Source: a virus
Lineage: Duplodnaviria; Caudoviricetes
Length of the DNA stretch: 36,934 nt
IMG/VR virus record: IMGVR_UViG_3300031229_000075
Coordinates: 1 to 36,934 of that record
Direction: 5' to 3' (one strand)
Part shown: positions 17,885-25,488 of the stretch, in pieces
Numbering within the stretch: the stretch's first letter is position 1
Layout of the letters: every line of letters begins with the position of its first letter
Translations under genes and position numbers: made by a program
Notes under the pieces: model-generated
Database searches by the model: none
Told to the model about the DNA's origin: nothing
Seen by the model: only the letters and a program-made list of their open reading frames with translations

Positions 17885-18909
17885 TGCCTGCCGCTCACTA
17901 CTACGACTCCTCGATCATTGACCAGATCGACACCGACGCCAAGTTCCGCGCCTGGGTTCTGGCGTGCATTACCGCACTCACTGATGTCGGCCTTGTGCAG
18001 ACGGCGGACACCGGGCAGATCGATCCGGCAACCGTGTCGGCGCCTCCGTCGAGCGGGTCGAAGCAGGGCTACGCGATCTTCCGCTTCAACGATGCCCTTC
18101 AGGCGACCCTTCCGATCTTTATCCGGCTCGACTTTGGGACCGTGTTCAAGAGCGGCACTGACACGCGTCCGACGCTATGGGTTACGGTCGGGACGAGTAC
18201 GAATGGCTCGGGGACGCTTGGCGGACAGACCGCGCCTGAGTTCAGGAGCGGGCATAACGCCGCCACTGCGAACGGCGAAGTGGTGGGCCTTCGGGCGGCG
18301 GCGACCGAGGATGGAGCCGGGGTCATCCTCTACCACGGGCCGAATGCGGCGTCGGCCAACAAGACCTTCTGCGTCATGGTCGAGCGTTGGCGTGACAAGG
18401 ACGGTACACAGAACGCCGATGGCTACACGCGCTATGCAGATGGGGCGAGCGACGGGGATCGCTACGATGCGGTCCCCGCGTCGGGGGCCGGGCTGAACTC
18501 CACTGCCATACGGCCGGGTGGCGCCGTTAGCAGCCAGGACGGCGCGTGGTGGGGGACAGGCGCCTCGATTCACATGTATCCCTGGTGGCATTGGGACACT
18601 GACCAAGACGCAGCGACCGGACTTGTCGAGGCCGTCCTCGGCCTCCAGACCGGGGGCGCAGCGATCGGCGCTGTTCTGGATGTCGCCTGGCGTGGTGAAA
18701 CAAAAACGTACATTGTGTGTCGGCAGGCTCCGGGGTACTCACCGGGAGGGCCTGGGGGGCTTCACGCGATTCCGTACGACGACAACACCGGGGCAGCGGC
18801 CGCGAAGCTCCCCGGAGAGATGGCGGATGCCGTATCTGGCGGGGGCGGGGGCGGAGGTACTCCTCCGCCAACCGTAGGGCAACTATGGCCGAGGGGCAAC
18901 CCGTCCTAA
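17884..18909 (+). CDS. Minor tail / virion protein
   Basis: GLVQTADTGQID...GYAIFRFNDALQATLPIFIRLDFG; C-terminal GGGGGG-TPPPTVGQLWPRG; TGATG coupling. Confidence 0.65.
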   Translation: MPAAHYYDSSIIDQIDTDAKFRAWVLACITALTDVGLVQTADTGQIDPATVSAPPSSGSKQGYAIFRFNDALQATLPIFIRLDFGTVFKSGTDTRPTLWVTVGTSTNGSGTLGGQTAPEFRSGHNAATANGEVVGLRAAATEDGAGVILYHGPNAASANKTFCVMVERWRDKDGTQNADGYTRYADGASDGDRYDAVPASGAGLNSTAIRPGGAVSSQDGAWWGTGASIHMYPWWHWDTDQDAATGLVEAVLGLQTGGAAIGAVLDVAWRGETKTYIVCRQAPGYSPGGPGGLHAIPYDDNTGAAAAKLPGEMADAVSGGGGGGGTPPPTVGQLWPRGNPS

Positions 18910-18912
18910 GCC

Positions 18913-20184
18913 GTGAACTTCAGCTTTAGCGGCGAGACGGAGCGAGAGCGGCGCCTGTTCCTCACAGTCGTCCGCAACTTGCTCAACCTCAATCTCGGCG
19001 AACTTGAAACGACAGTTGAGGTTTCCTTTGTCGCTGACCCGACGCCGGAAGCGCATAACGAGTTCGCCTACACGGAGGGAACCAGCATCGCGATTCGGAC
19101 CGATGCCCCTGACTTTGCGGGCCTCGATCCCACCGGCCAGCAGTGGGGAATGCCGTTCTTCAACGAGGTAGTGGCGCATGAGCTATGTCACGCACTGCTC
19201 GCCTTGATGGACGGCCTCGATCAGGAGAAGATCGCTGCCCTGTTCGGGGCGACACCCGCGGATTGGGGTGATGGTGCTCGCTGGGAAGACCGCCCGTTGG
19301 AAGGCATCTGCGAAACGTTCAAGGACGCGTTCCTGCCCAGGGACCAGCGGCGTTACTCGAATCGGACTAACCAGCGTATTCCGATCCGCGAGTACGGCCG
19401 GTTCCGGAGGCTCTTTCGCCGTGCACGGTACAGGGCCGAGACGGGGGCAGGGAGTGATCTGTTTCTGCTCGGCGGGTGGACCGATGAGTTTGTGGTAGCG
19501 GGCTTCGAGGACGAGTTGGGGTTGCGGCGCCCTTCGGCGCTGCAATGGGAGGTTAGCCCGCCCCAGACACAGAACTACCAGGCACAGGGCGAAACCGATT
19601 CGTTAGCTCCCGACCTCATTGGCCCGCCACCCGTCCCGGTCGTTCCCGGCGAGGAGTACGAATATTCGTTCTCGATTCCGGCCGACTGGACGCCGGGTGA
19701 AGCATGGATCGGTGGGTGGTTTCAGTGGTTCTTTTACAAGTATTACTATGGCGAGGGTGGCGCATTCTTGGATGACGACTATTTCACGGAGTACGAAGTG
19801 CGCTTCCGCGACTTTCCGGACCCCTGGGCCGAGTACACGTTCTCCGGAACCTTAGGGGAGTTGCACAGCGTTTCGCCTGGGCCTGGTTCGACCGATTTGC
19901 CAGCAGTCACACTGACCGAGCGGTTCACCGTTCCGGAGGGGGCGGCGCTGATGGGGTTTGCGGGCGTGTTGAACGGATACAACATCGGAGCTAGCCAGGT
20001 AGGAGCCGGGCTTACCCCGGCGGAGATGATAACGGAGGTACACGCGCACCTGCCGAGCCTGCGCGCAATCGGCCTGACCGAGATGACCCCGCTGGAACCA
20101 CGCGCCGAGGTCGCGCCAGGAGGACGGGTATCGGGCAGGCGCAGGCTCGGGGCTACGGTGCGGGGGAGCCGAATCCGCACCTGA
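18913..20184 (+). CDS. HExxH zincin-like metallopeptidase-domain protein with a beta-rich C-terminal domain
   Basis: EVVAHELCHALL followed by W..RPLEGICETF (candidate third Zn ligand Glu); last gene of the late operon. Confidence 0.6.
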   Translation: MNFSFSGETERERRLFLTVVRNLLNLNLGELETTVEVSFVADPTPEAHNEFAYTEGTSIAIRTDAPDFAGLDPTGQQWGMPFFNEVVAHELCHALLALMDGLDQEKIAALFGATPADWGDGARWEDRPLEGICETFKDAFLPRDQRRYSNRTNQRIPIREYGRFRRLFRRARYRAETGAGSDLFLLGGWTDEFVVAGFEDELGLRRPSALQWEVSPPQTQNYQAQGETDSLAPDLIGPPPVPVVPGEEYEYSFSIPADWTPGEAWIGGWFQWFFYKYYYGEGGAFLDDDYFTEYEVRFRDFPDPWAEYTFSGTLGELHSVSPGPGSTDLPAVTLTERFTVPEGAALMGFAGVLNGYNIGASQVGAGLTPAEMITEVHAHLPSLRAIGLTEMTPLEPRAEVAPGGRVSGRRRLGATVRGSRIRT

Positions 20185-20189
20185 ACGAC

Positions 20190-20217
20190 GAAGGGCGGTC
20201 ACGCTGGACCGCCCTTC
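20190..20217. terminator. Probable bidirectional terminator between convergent genes
   Basis: Perfect 11-bp stem GAAGGGCGGTC-ACGCTG-GACCGCCCTTC between the stops at 20184(+) and 20236(-). Confidence 0.65.
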
Positions 20218-20235
20218 CCTCGGAGTAGCTGTTTG

Positions 20236-20400
20236 CTACTCCTCGGCGCCGTCTCCCTCGCCGTTTCCCTCGTCCGGTGCTCCCTCGGGCGCGCTCTCCG
20301 GGGCGGGACTTCCCTCGGGCGGGGATGCCGGTGCCTCGGTGCCCTCGGGGGCGCTCTCCGGCTCGCCCTGCGGCGTGTCCGGTGTCTCGGATGACTCCAT
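20236..20400 (-). CDS. Small acidic Pro/Glu-rich disordered protein (54 aa)
   Basis: Strong RBS GAGGAGGTCAAC-ATG on the minus strand; fills the gap between modules; MESSETPDTPQGEPESAPEG...DGAEE. Confidence 0.7.
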   Translation of the reverse strand: MESSETPDTPQGEPESAPEGTEAPASPPEGSPAPESAPEGAPDEGNGEGDGAEE

Positions 20401-20562
20401 GTTGACCTCCTCTGGTCTGGTCGGATTCGACGCTGCGACTCTACACCGTCTCGCAGGGCGTCGCTGGCGGAGTTCTCCGCAAATCGCGGGAAGCCGATCT
20501 GAAACCGTCCGGATCGTTTCGTAGTGTCGGCTTCCCAGACAGGAGATCGACAGGAGGACGTG

Positions 20563-21555
20563 ATGGAAGCAGGCACCACGCGTCGCGAGGGACAGGAAGG
20601 CTCGCGATGGGTCAATCAGCGCCCGACCGGCGAGGAGGTCGCGACGTGGTTTCGGGAGAACGTGGCCCTTCACCACGAGGACTTGCAGCACGACGACTAC
20701 ATTTCGGGCCTCACGCTGATTCAGCAGGAAGCGGAGGAGAAGGAGGTCGTCGGGTGGCAGGACTCGGGGGCGCCTCTCATCGAGAAGCGCAAGAACCTGT
20801 ACTACGTCCCGTACGCGAAGGTCGAGACGCGCGTCAAGTACTTCTGGGACTTGGTGCGGCTGCACGAGGACTGGCTCGGTGTCATCGAGGCAGTGCCGCC
20901 TGTCGAGCCGATCAAGAGCCTTCCCCCCGGCTTCGGGAAGCTCGCGATCGCAACCGGCGACAGCAGGGCGGTCGTCTTCGTGACCTACTCCGCCCGTGCC
21001 CTGATCTACGAGCGCGACACCGTGGAGATGAAGCCGATCGTCAACCGCCAGACGGGCGAGACGCGGTTCGAGCGCCACGGCCGACTCGTCATGGCCGGTG
21101 CCCCCGGCACGAAGATGGTGGCGACGCTCGGGCGCTATGGGCCTGACAACTTCAGTCTGATGAAGGCCGAAACGGGGGCCGTAGGCCGTGCTCTGGGTCT
21201 GCTTGGAATGCTCGTGGTGCCGGGGTCCGGCGTCGCCACTGCCGAGGACATGCAGGAGGCAATCGCAGCCGAGGGAGGGCCGACGCAGACGGCTCCTCAG
21301 CAGGCGGCTGAGGGGGGCGAGCAGGCCGCTCTCACGGACGACGACGATGCGCTTAGGCGACGTGTCACCGCTTTGATCGGTGACCTCCAGAAGCTCGACG
21401 AGAAGCGAGTCGCGGGCTTCCGCACCTGGGTTCGCGACGACCGAAAGATCGCCAGCCTCGCGGACGCGACCTCTCCGCAACTGCGCGGCCTCGTGAGCAA
21501 GCTGGAGAAGGAGATCGCCGAGGCGAACGACGCGGAGCAGGCCGCGGAGGGCTAA
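20563..21555 (+). CDS. Sak/Rad52-like single-strand annealing protein
   Basis: YAKVETRVKYF...SLMKAETGAVGRALGLLG matches the AET.A.GRAL signature of Rad52/Sak-like recombinases; RBS CAGGAGG. Confidence 0.7.
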   Translation: MEAGTTRREGQEGSRWVNQRPTGEEVATWFRENVALHHEDLQHDDYISGLTLIQQEAEEKEVVGWQDSGAPLIEKRKNLYYVPYAKVETRVKYFWDLVRLHEDWLGVIEAVPPVEPIKSLPPGFGKLAIATGDSRAVVFVTYSARALIYERDTVEMKPIVNRQTGETRFERHGRLVMAGAPGTKMVATLGRYGPDNFSLMKAETGAVGRALGLLGMLVVPGSGVATAEDMQEAIAAEGGPTQTAPQQAAEGGEQAALTDDDDALRRRVTALIGDLQKLDEKRVAGFRTWVRDDRKIASLADATSPQLRGLVSKLEKEIAEANDAEQAAEG

Positions 21556-21806
21556 TGTCTCGCCCTCTCAACCCGAAGGTCTGCGTCGATTGCGGGGACA
21601 AGTTCTTGCCGAACTCAGGTCGCCAGATGCGGTGCGTCGCCTGCAAGGAGAGGCCACGCAAGAGGACGGTGGTGACCGAGCCACTGTCTCCGCGCAAGAA
21701 GGCCGCGCGTGAAGTCCCGGCGGGGGTCGCGGCGCGTCTCGGTGCTCGCGTCGCCGAAATCAACGAGGAGAGCTACCGGCGCTTCCGAGAGGAGCGCGAT
21801 GGCTGA
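21555..21806 (+). CDS. Small Zn-ribbon protein
   Basis: CVDCGDKF...RCVAC; TAATG coupling. Confidence 0.65.
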   Translation: MSRPLNPKVCVDCGDKFLPNSGRQMRCVACKERPRKRTVVTEPLSPRKKAAREVPAGVAARLGARVAEINEESYRRFREERDG

Positions 21807-22170
21807 GCACTTCACGCTGAAGATCGGCGGCACGCCGAAGTCGCTGAACCGAGTCGCGAAGGCGAAGCATTGGGCCGTGTTCCAGCGCGAGAAGAAGACC
21901 TGGGAGGGCAACATCTTCATCGCGTTGCTGGAGGCCAAGGTGCCGAAGCCGCTCGCGAGCGTCTACGCCGAGGCATCGCTCCAGTTCAAGACCGCTCGGC
22001 GACGAGACGAGGGCAACTACCGCTCGGTGCTGGAGAAGGCGCTTGGTGACGCGTTGCAGCTTCAGTGGCTCGATGACGACACGCCCGACCAGTTCCGATT
22101 CGGCCCTCTGCACTTCGATGACGCGCCTGGGAACGAGACGCTCATCTTCCTGAAGGTGGAGCGTGCCTAA
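21799..22170 (+). CDS. rusA: RusA-like Holliday junction resolvase
   Basis: PKSLN...RRRDEGNY...KALGDAL...LDDD catalytic pattern; RBS GAGGAG before the ATG at 21799. Confidence 0.75.
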   Translation: MAEHFTLKIGGTPKSLNRVAKAKHWAVFQREKKTWEGNIFIALLEAKVPKPLASVYAEASLQFKTARRRDEGNYRSVLEKALGDALQLQWLDDDTPDQFRFGPLHFDDAPGNETLIFLKVERA

Positions 22171-22172
22171 AC

Positions 22173-22205
22173 GAGACGACCCGCTCGGGCAGAGCGGGTC
22201 GTCTC
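22173..22205. terminator. Perfect 14-bp hairpin after rusA (terminator or processing site)
   Basis: GAGACGACCCGCTC-GGGCA-GAGCGGGTCGTCTC. Confidence 0.55.
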
Positions 22206-22293
22206 TGGTAGCAAGCGCGGAGATCGATCGCGCTGTAACTACAAACTACCGTAGAGAGATGACGGAATCAAGCGTGAACCACTTGGAGGCGAC

Positions 22294-23514
22294 ATGAGGC
22301 TGCCGAACAACGCGGTTGGGATCAGCGACATCCTCCAGTTCCGTGACTGTCGTCGCAAGTTCATCTTCCAGATGCGGCGCCATCTCGAAGGCGGCGATCC
22401 CCCCGAGGACGTGCATCCCGACACGATGTACGGCAAAGCCGTCCATGATGGGATCACGTGGATCGAGGAGGACATGCTGACCGACGAGGAGGCAGTCGAT
22501 CGCTGCTTCGAGGTCTACGGGCACTGGCTGGAGCCGGAGGACGCGGACCGTCTGCTGGCCGACTTCGAGACGTATCGCAACCGCGACGAGAGTGGCGTCG
22601 TGACCGTCGCCAACGAGACGGAGATCAGGGTGCCGCTGCTGAAGTGGTGCTACGGCTGCTCGCGCGAGCCGGAGGAGGACGAGCGCGACACCTGCATCGG
22701 CTGCGGCGGGAAGGTCGAGACGATCTATTTCCGCGCCCGCATCGACCGGCTCTACCAGAACGTGCAGAACCCGGCGATCTTCGTGCACCGCGATTACAAG
22801 TCGTCGAAGTGGCGCAAGAGCGAGGAGGAGGTTCACGGCGACAAGCAGATGTGGTCGTATAACTGCGCGATTCACCGCTACTGGACCGAGTGCGCGGACC
22901 TGACGCAGTGGTACGACCAGCTTCGCTACGGCGACATCCCGACCCGCAAGACGGCCGAGCAGCGGCAGCAGATGTGGGAGTGGCTAAAGCGCCAGGTGCG
23001 GGCGATTCTTGCCGAGACGGACGCCAGCCCGACGCACAACGAGTGGTGCCCGTGGTGCCCGATCATGGAGTCGTGCTCGGAGGTCAAGCGGCTGTCCGAG
23101 TGGGCGATCGCGCGGATTGAAGAACTCTCCCCAAACAGCGGGAAGCTGGAACCAGAGTTGCTCGTAGGCAAGGACTTCGAGGAGTACGTTGCTGATCTGC
23201 CCATTATCGAGCGCGCGCGGAAGATGGCCGAGCGCTACGAGGACTCGGTGAGGGGCGAGTTGAAGAAGCTCCCCGACACGCGACTCGATGAACTCGAATA
23301 CCGAAAGTCAGAACGATCGTCGAACTACTGGACGCCAGAGGCCCTCCGGGCGACGCTCGATCTCGTCGGCGAGGAGAAGTTCCTCCTGATGGTGGGGCTG
23401 ACGAAGACGCGCGTCGAGAAGCTGCTCGACGGAGAGGAGAAGCAGGCCGTCCTCGACATGGCGACGAAGGCGGCAGGAGCGATGACCGTGACGAAGAAGA
23501 AGGGGTCGGGATGA
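22294..23514 (+). CDS. PD-(D/E)XK exonuclease, Cas4/AddB/RecB-like
   Basis: YGKAVH, E-TEI, FRARIDRL, HRDYKS and QMWSY motifs; N-terminal Cys plus CPWCPIMESC suggest a 4Fe-4S cluster. Confidence 0.85.
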   Translation: MRLPNNAVGISDILQFRDCRRKFIFQMRRHLEGGDPPEDVHPDTMYGKAVHDGITWIEEDMLTDEEAVDRCFEVYGHWLEPEDADRLLADFETYRNRDESGVVTVANETEIRVPLLKWCYGCSREPEEDERDTCIGCGGKVETIYFRARIDRLYQNVQNPAIFVHRDYKSSKWRKSEEEVHGDKQMWSYNCAIHRYWTECADLTQWYDQLRYGDIPTRKTAEQRQQMWEWLKRQVRAILAETDASPTHNEWCPWCPIMESCSEVKRLSEWAIARIEELSPNSGKLEPELLVGKDFEEYVADLPIIERARKMAERYEDSVRGELKKLPDTRLDELEYRKSERSSNYWTPEALRATLDLVGEEKFLLMVGLTKTRVEKLLDGEEKQAVLDMATKAAGAMTVTKKKGSG

Positions 23515-23633
23515 AGGTCTTGAAGCTGACGAAGGACGAGTACTCGAAGTTGAGCAACAGGCTCCGCACCGAGGCGGACAAGATCATCGTGGACGGGAAG
23601 GTGGTGAAGGGCGGCAGACGCAGGCAGAGCTAA
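23511..23633 (+). CDS. Small basic hypothetical protein (40 aa, MKVLKLTKDEYSKL...)
   Basis: ATGA overlap with the exonuclease stop; GC3-rich codons; ends at a hairpin. Confidence 0.6.
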   Translation: MKVLKLTKDEYSKLSNRLRTEADKIIVDGKVVKGGRRRQS

Positions 23634-23677
23634 GGCGCCCCGGTCACCTGTTGACTGGTAGCAGGGGGCGCCTTAGC
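23629..23677. terminator. 13-bp hairpin (terminator-like)
   Basis: GCTAAGGCGCCCC ... GGGGCGCCTTAGC with a short inner stem. Confidence 0.5.
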
Positions 23678-23799
23678 GGCGATCGGACTCTCCGTGTTTC
23701 CCAGACGCCGGACGCGTCAGACACGTAGGGCCGCGAACACGCAGACACTACCACGTGTTCCGTAGCAGAGCAAGTGGGAGAAACCAAAGAGGAGATCGA

Positions 23800-24720
23800 A
23801 TGGCAGCGCACAACACGATTCAGTTTGGGGACGGCGCGTGGAAACACGGCTTCACGATGGTCCCGAACACCGTTCTCGAAGCGGAGCATCTCACTGGCGG
23901 TGCAAAGCTGACCTTCGCGATGCTGATGAAGTTCGGGCGGGCTGAGGGCCGTGCGTTCCCTGGGCAGAAGAAGCTGGCGAAGGCCGTTGACTGCACCGAG
24001 AAGACGTTGCGTGTCTACATCGACGAACTGAAGTCTTGCGGTCTGGTTGAGGTTCGTCGCAGAGGCCAGGGATTGACGAATCTCTACGTCCTCCATCCTG
24101 AACGGGAGCTATTACCGCCCGGATCGGTAGCCAGTACCGAACCAGAAGTGGCGTCAGCTACCGGGAAAGAAGAAGCAGGTGAAGAAGAAGCAGTAGAAGA
24201 AGACGGCGCTCTCGCGCCCGAGCGAGCGGCTGAGGGGGAACCAGAGGACGCTGCTCAGCGCCTCTACGACACCTACCTGCGGCTCGTCAAGGACAAGGAC
24301 TCCGAGCCGGTGCCGCCCTCGATGCGCCGGGTCGCGGACAAGGCGCTGCGCGAGTTTCCTGATCCCGCCGCGCTGGAGCGCGCGGTCGTCGGATTCCTGA
24401 ACTGGCGAAAGAAGAAGCAGGGCGACATGAGGTTCTCGTCGATCTTCGCGTCGCATCCGGGTGGGCGCCCACTTCACGACCACATCGACTTCTGGATCAG
24501 CCAGGCCGGGGAAACGTCACCGCTCGACGGTCTTCCGTCCGCGACGCACGCCAAGATTCATCGAGCGGTTCGTGACGTGCAACAAGCGTTCGGGAGTCAA
24601 GACCCGGACCTACTGGCAACTGGAGAGCAGGCGTTGGAATATCTGAAGTCGAAGGGCATCCCACCGGCCTATCGCTCTGACGGTTCGCCGTACTTCCCGG
24701 CGCTCGGAGCGAAGCCATGA
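23800..24720 (+). CDS. Phage replication initiator with an N-terminal winged HTH
   Basis: GFTMVPNTVL...LTGGAKLTF...AFPGQKKLAKAVDCTEKTLRVYIDELKSCGLVEVRRRG...NLYVL is the typical initiator HTH; upstream of dnaB; RBS GAGGAG. Confidence 0.8.
   Translation: MAAHNTIQFGDGAWKHGFTMVPNTVLEAEHLTGGAKLTFAMLMKFGRAEGRAFPGQKKLAKAVDCTEKTLRVYIDELKSCGLVEVRRRGQGLTNLYVLHPERELLPPGSVASTEPEVASATGKEEAGEEEAVEEDGALAPERAAEGEPEDAAQRLYDTYLRLVKDKDSEPVPPSMRRVADKALREFPDPAALERAVVGFLNWRKKKQGDMRFSSIFASHPGGRPLHDHIDFWISQAGETSPLDGLPSATHAKIHRAVRDVQQAFGSQDPDLLATGEQALEYLKSKGIPPAYRSDGSPYFPALGAKP
24103..24203. repeat. Putative replication origin within the initiator gene (iteron-like repeats plus a purine-rich tract)
   Basis: TACCG at 24113, 24135 and 24159; palindrome CGGTA-GCCAG-TACCG at 24125-24139; then GAAGAAGCAG repeats. 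Confidence 0.45.
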
Positions 24721-24779
24721 GGATTGCCCGCGTCTTCAGCGACGGGGTATCCACTTTGCTGACCCGGAGAGGTTCCTGA
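24717..24779 (+). CDS. 20-codon micro-ORF (MRIARVFSDGVSTLLTRRGS)
   Basis: Starts in an ATGA overlap with the initiator stop and ends in a TGATG overlap with the next start. Confidence 0.4.
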   Translation: MRIARVFSDGVSTLLTRRGS

Positions 24780-25213
24780 TGCACCGCACGATGTGCCAGA
24801 CGGACGCCGATCGCGACTGCCGCCTCGGCGGCCAGGGCGCATGCCGTCGCTGCCCCTACCGCCAGGGCGGCCCGCTACACAAGACCCAGGCGGAGAAGCA
24901 CGAGGGTCTCATCGCGAGCTGGTATCACGCGGTCTGCATCGGCCACTCGGCGATCTGGGAGGTTCCGTGGAGGTGCGTGGGCGGCGAGCTGCAGCCTACG
25001 GTTCGCGCCCAGGTCGAGCGCCGTTACCGCCGCGCCGCCCGCACACTCACCGACACGCAGAAGCACACGATCGAGCGGATGCGCGACCAGGCGCCAATGG
25101 ACATCGCCGCCGCCGCCGGGTGCACCGTCGACGAGGTCTGGCTCTGGCTGCTGCCGCGCCGCCCCAAGCGCCACGTTCCGTTCTACACCCGATCGCTCGA
25201 ACTCGTCGCGTGA
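24779..25213 (+). CDS. Cys-rich protein with a C-terminal HTH-like motif, possible regulator
   Basis: C...C...CRRC N-terminus; PMDIAAAAGCTVDEVWLWL. Confidence 0.55.
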   Translation: MHRTMCQTDADRDCRLGGQGACRRCPYRQGGPLHKTQAEKHEGLIASWYHAVCIGHSAIWEVPWRCVGGELQPTVRAQVERRYRRAARTLTDTQKHTIERMRDQAPMDIAAAAGCTVDEVWLWLLPRRPKRHVPFYTRSLELVA

Positions 25214-25488
25214 CAACGCAATCGGGCCATCTAAGTGGATACCCCATCTTCAGCGTTCACCGACGCGACGGCTGCACGACGATCTGGCTGAGCATCGGCG
25301 GGCACAAGCCGCTGGCTCACCTGCCCCGCTGGCGCCGATGCCTTCTTCACCTGCCCTCGATCCGTTGGCGCCTCTGGCCGCGTCCGTGGTCACCCCGAGA
25401 CGCCTGGGGACCGCGCTGCCGGGCCTACCACGGGCAGCAGTTGATCCTCGCGGAGATGAAGCGAGAGCACTACGGGGGCAGCGAATGA
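25210..25488 (+). CDS. Hypothetical protein (92 aa, Trp/Arg-rich)
   Basis: GTGA overlap upstream and ATGA overlap with dnaB downstream. Confidence 0.5.
   Translation: MTTQSGHLSGYPIFSVHRRDGCTTIWLSIGGHKPLAHLPRWRRCLLHLPSIRWRLWPRPWSPRDAWGPRCRAYHGQQLILAEMKREHYGGSE

Noticed and set aside
15758-20184. Diversity-generating retroelement or invertible tail-fibre cassette
   Set aside because: No reverse transcriptase, template/variable repeat pair, invertase or flanking inverted repeats seen in the window
22294-23514. Cas4-like gene as evidence of a CRISPR-Cas system
   Set aside because: No repeat-spacer array or other cas genes seen; it sits with Sak and RusA as a typical phage recombination exonuclease
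24779-25213. WhiB-family regulator
   Set aside because: Cys spacing is only loosely similar and the G[VI]WGG turn is missing
25338-25484. N-terminal extension of DnaB given by the ORF track (similarly 21709, 23755, 27642, 30578, 32700, 35083)
   Set aside because: These upstream starts overlap other genes or lack an RBS; the downstream starts have an RBS or stop-start coupling and match the domain boundaries
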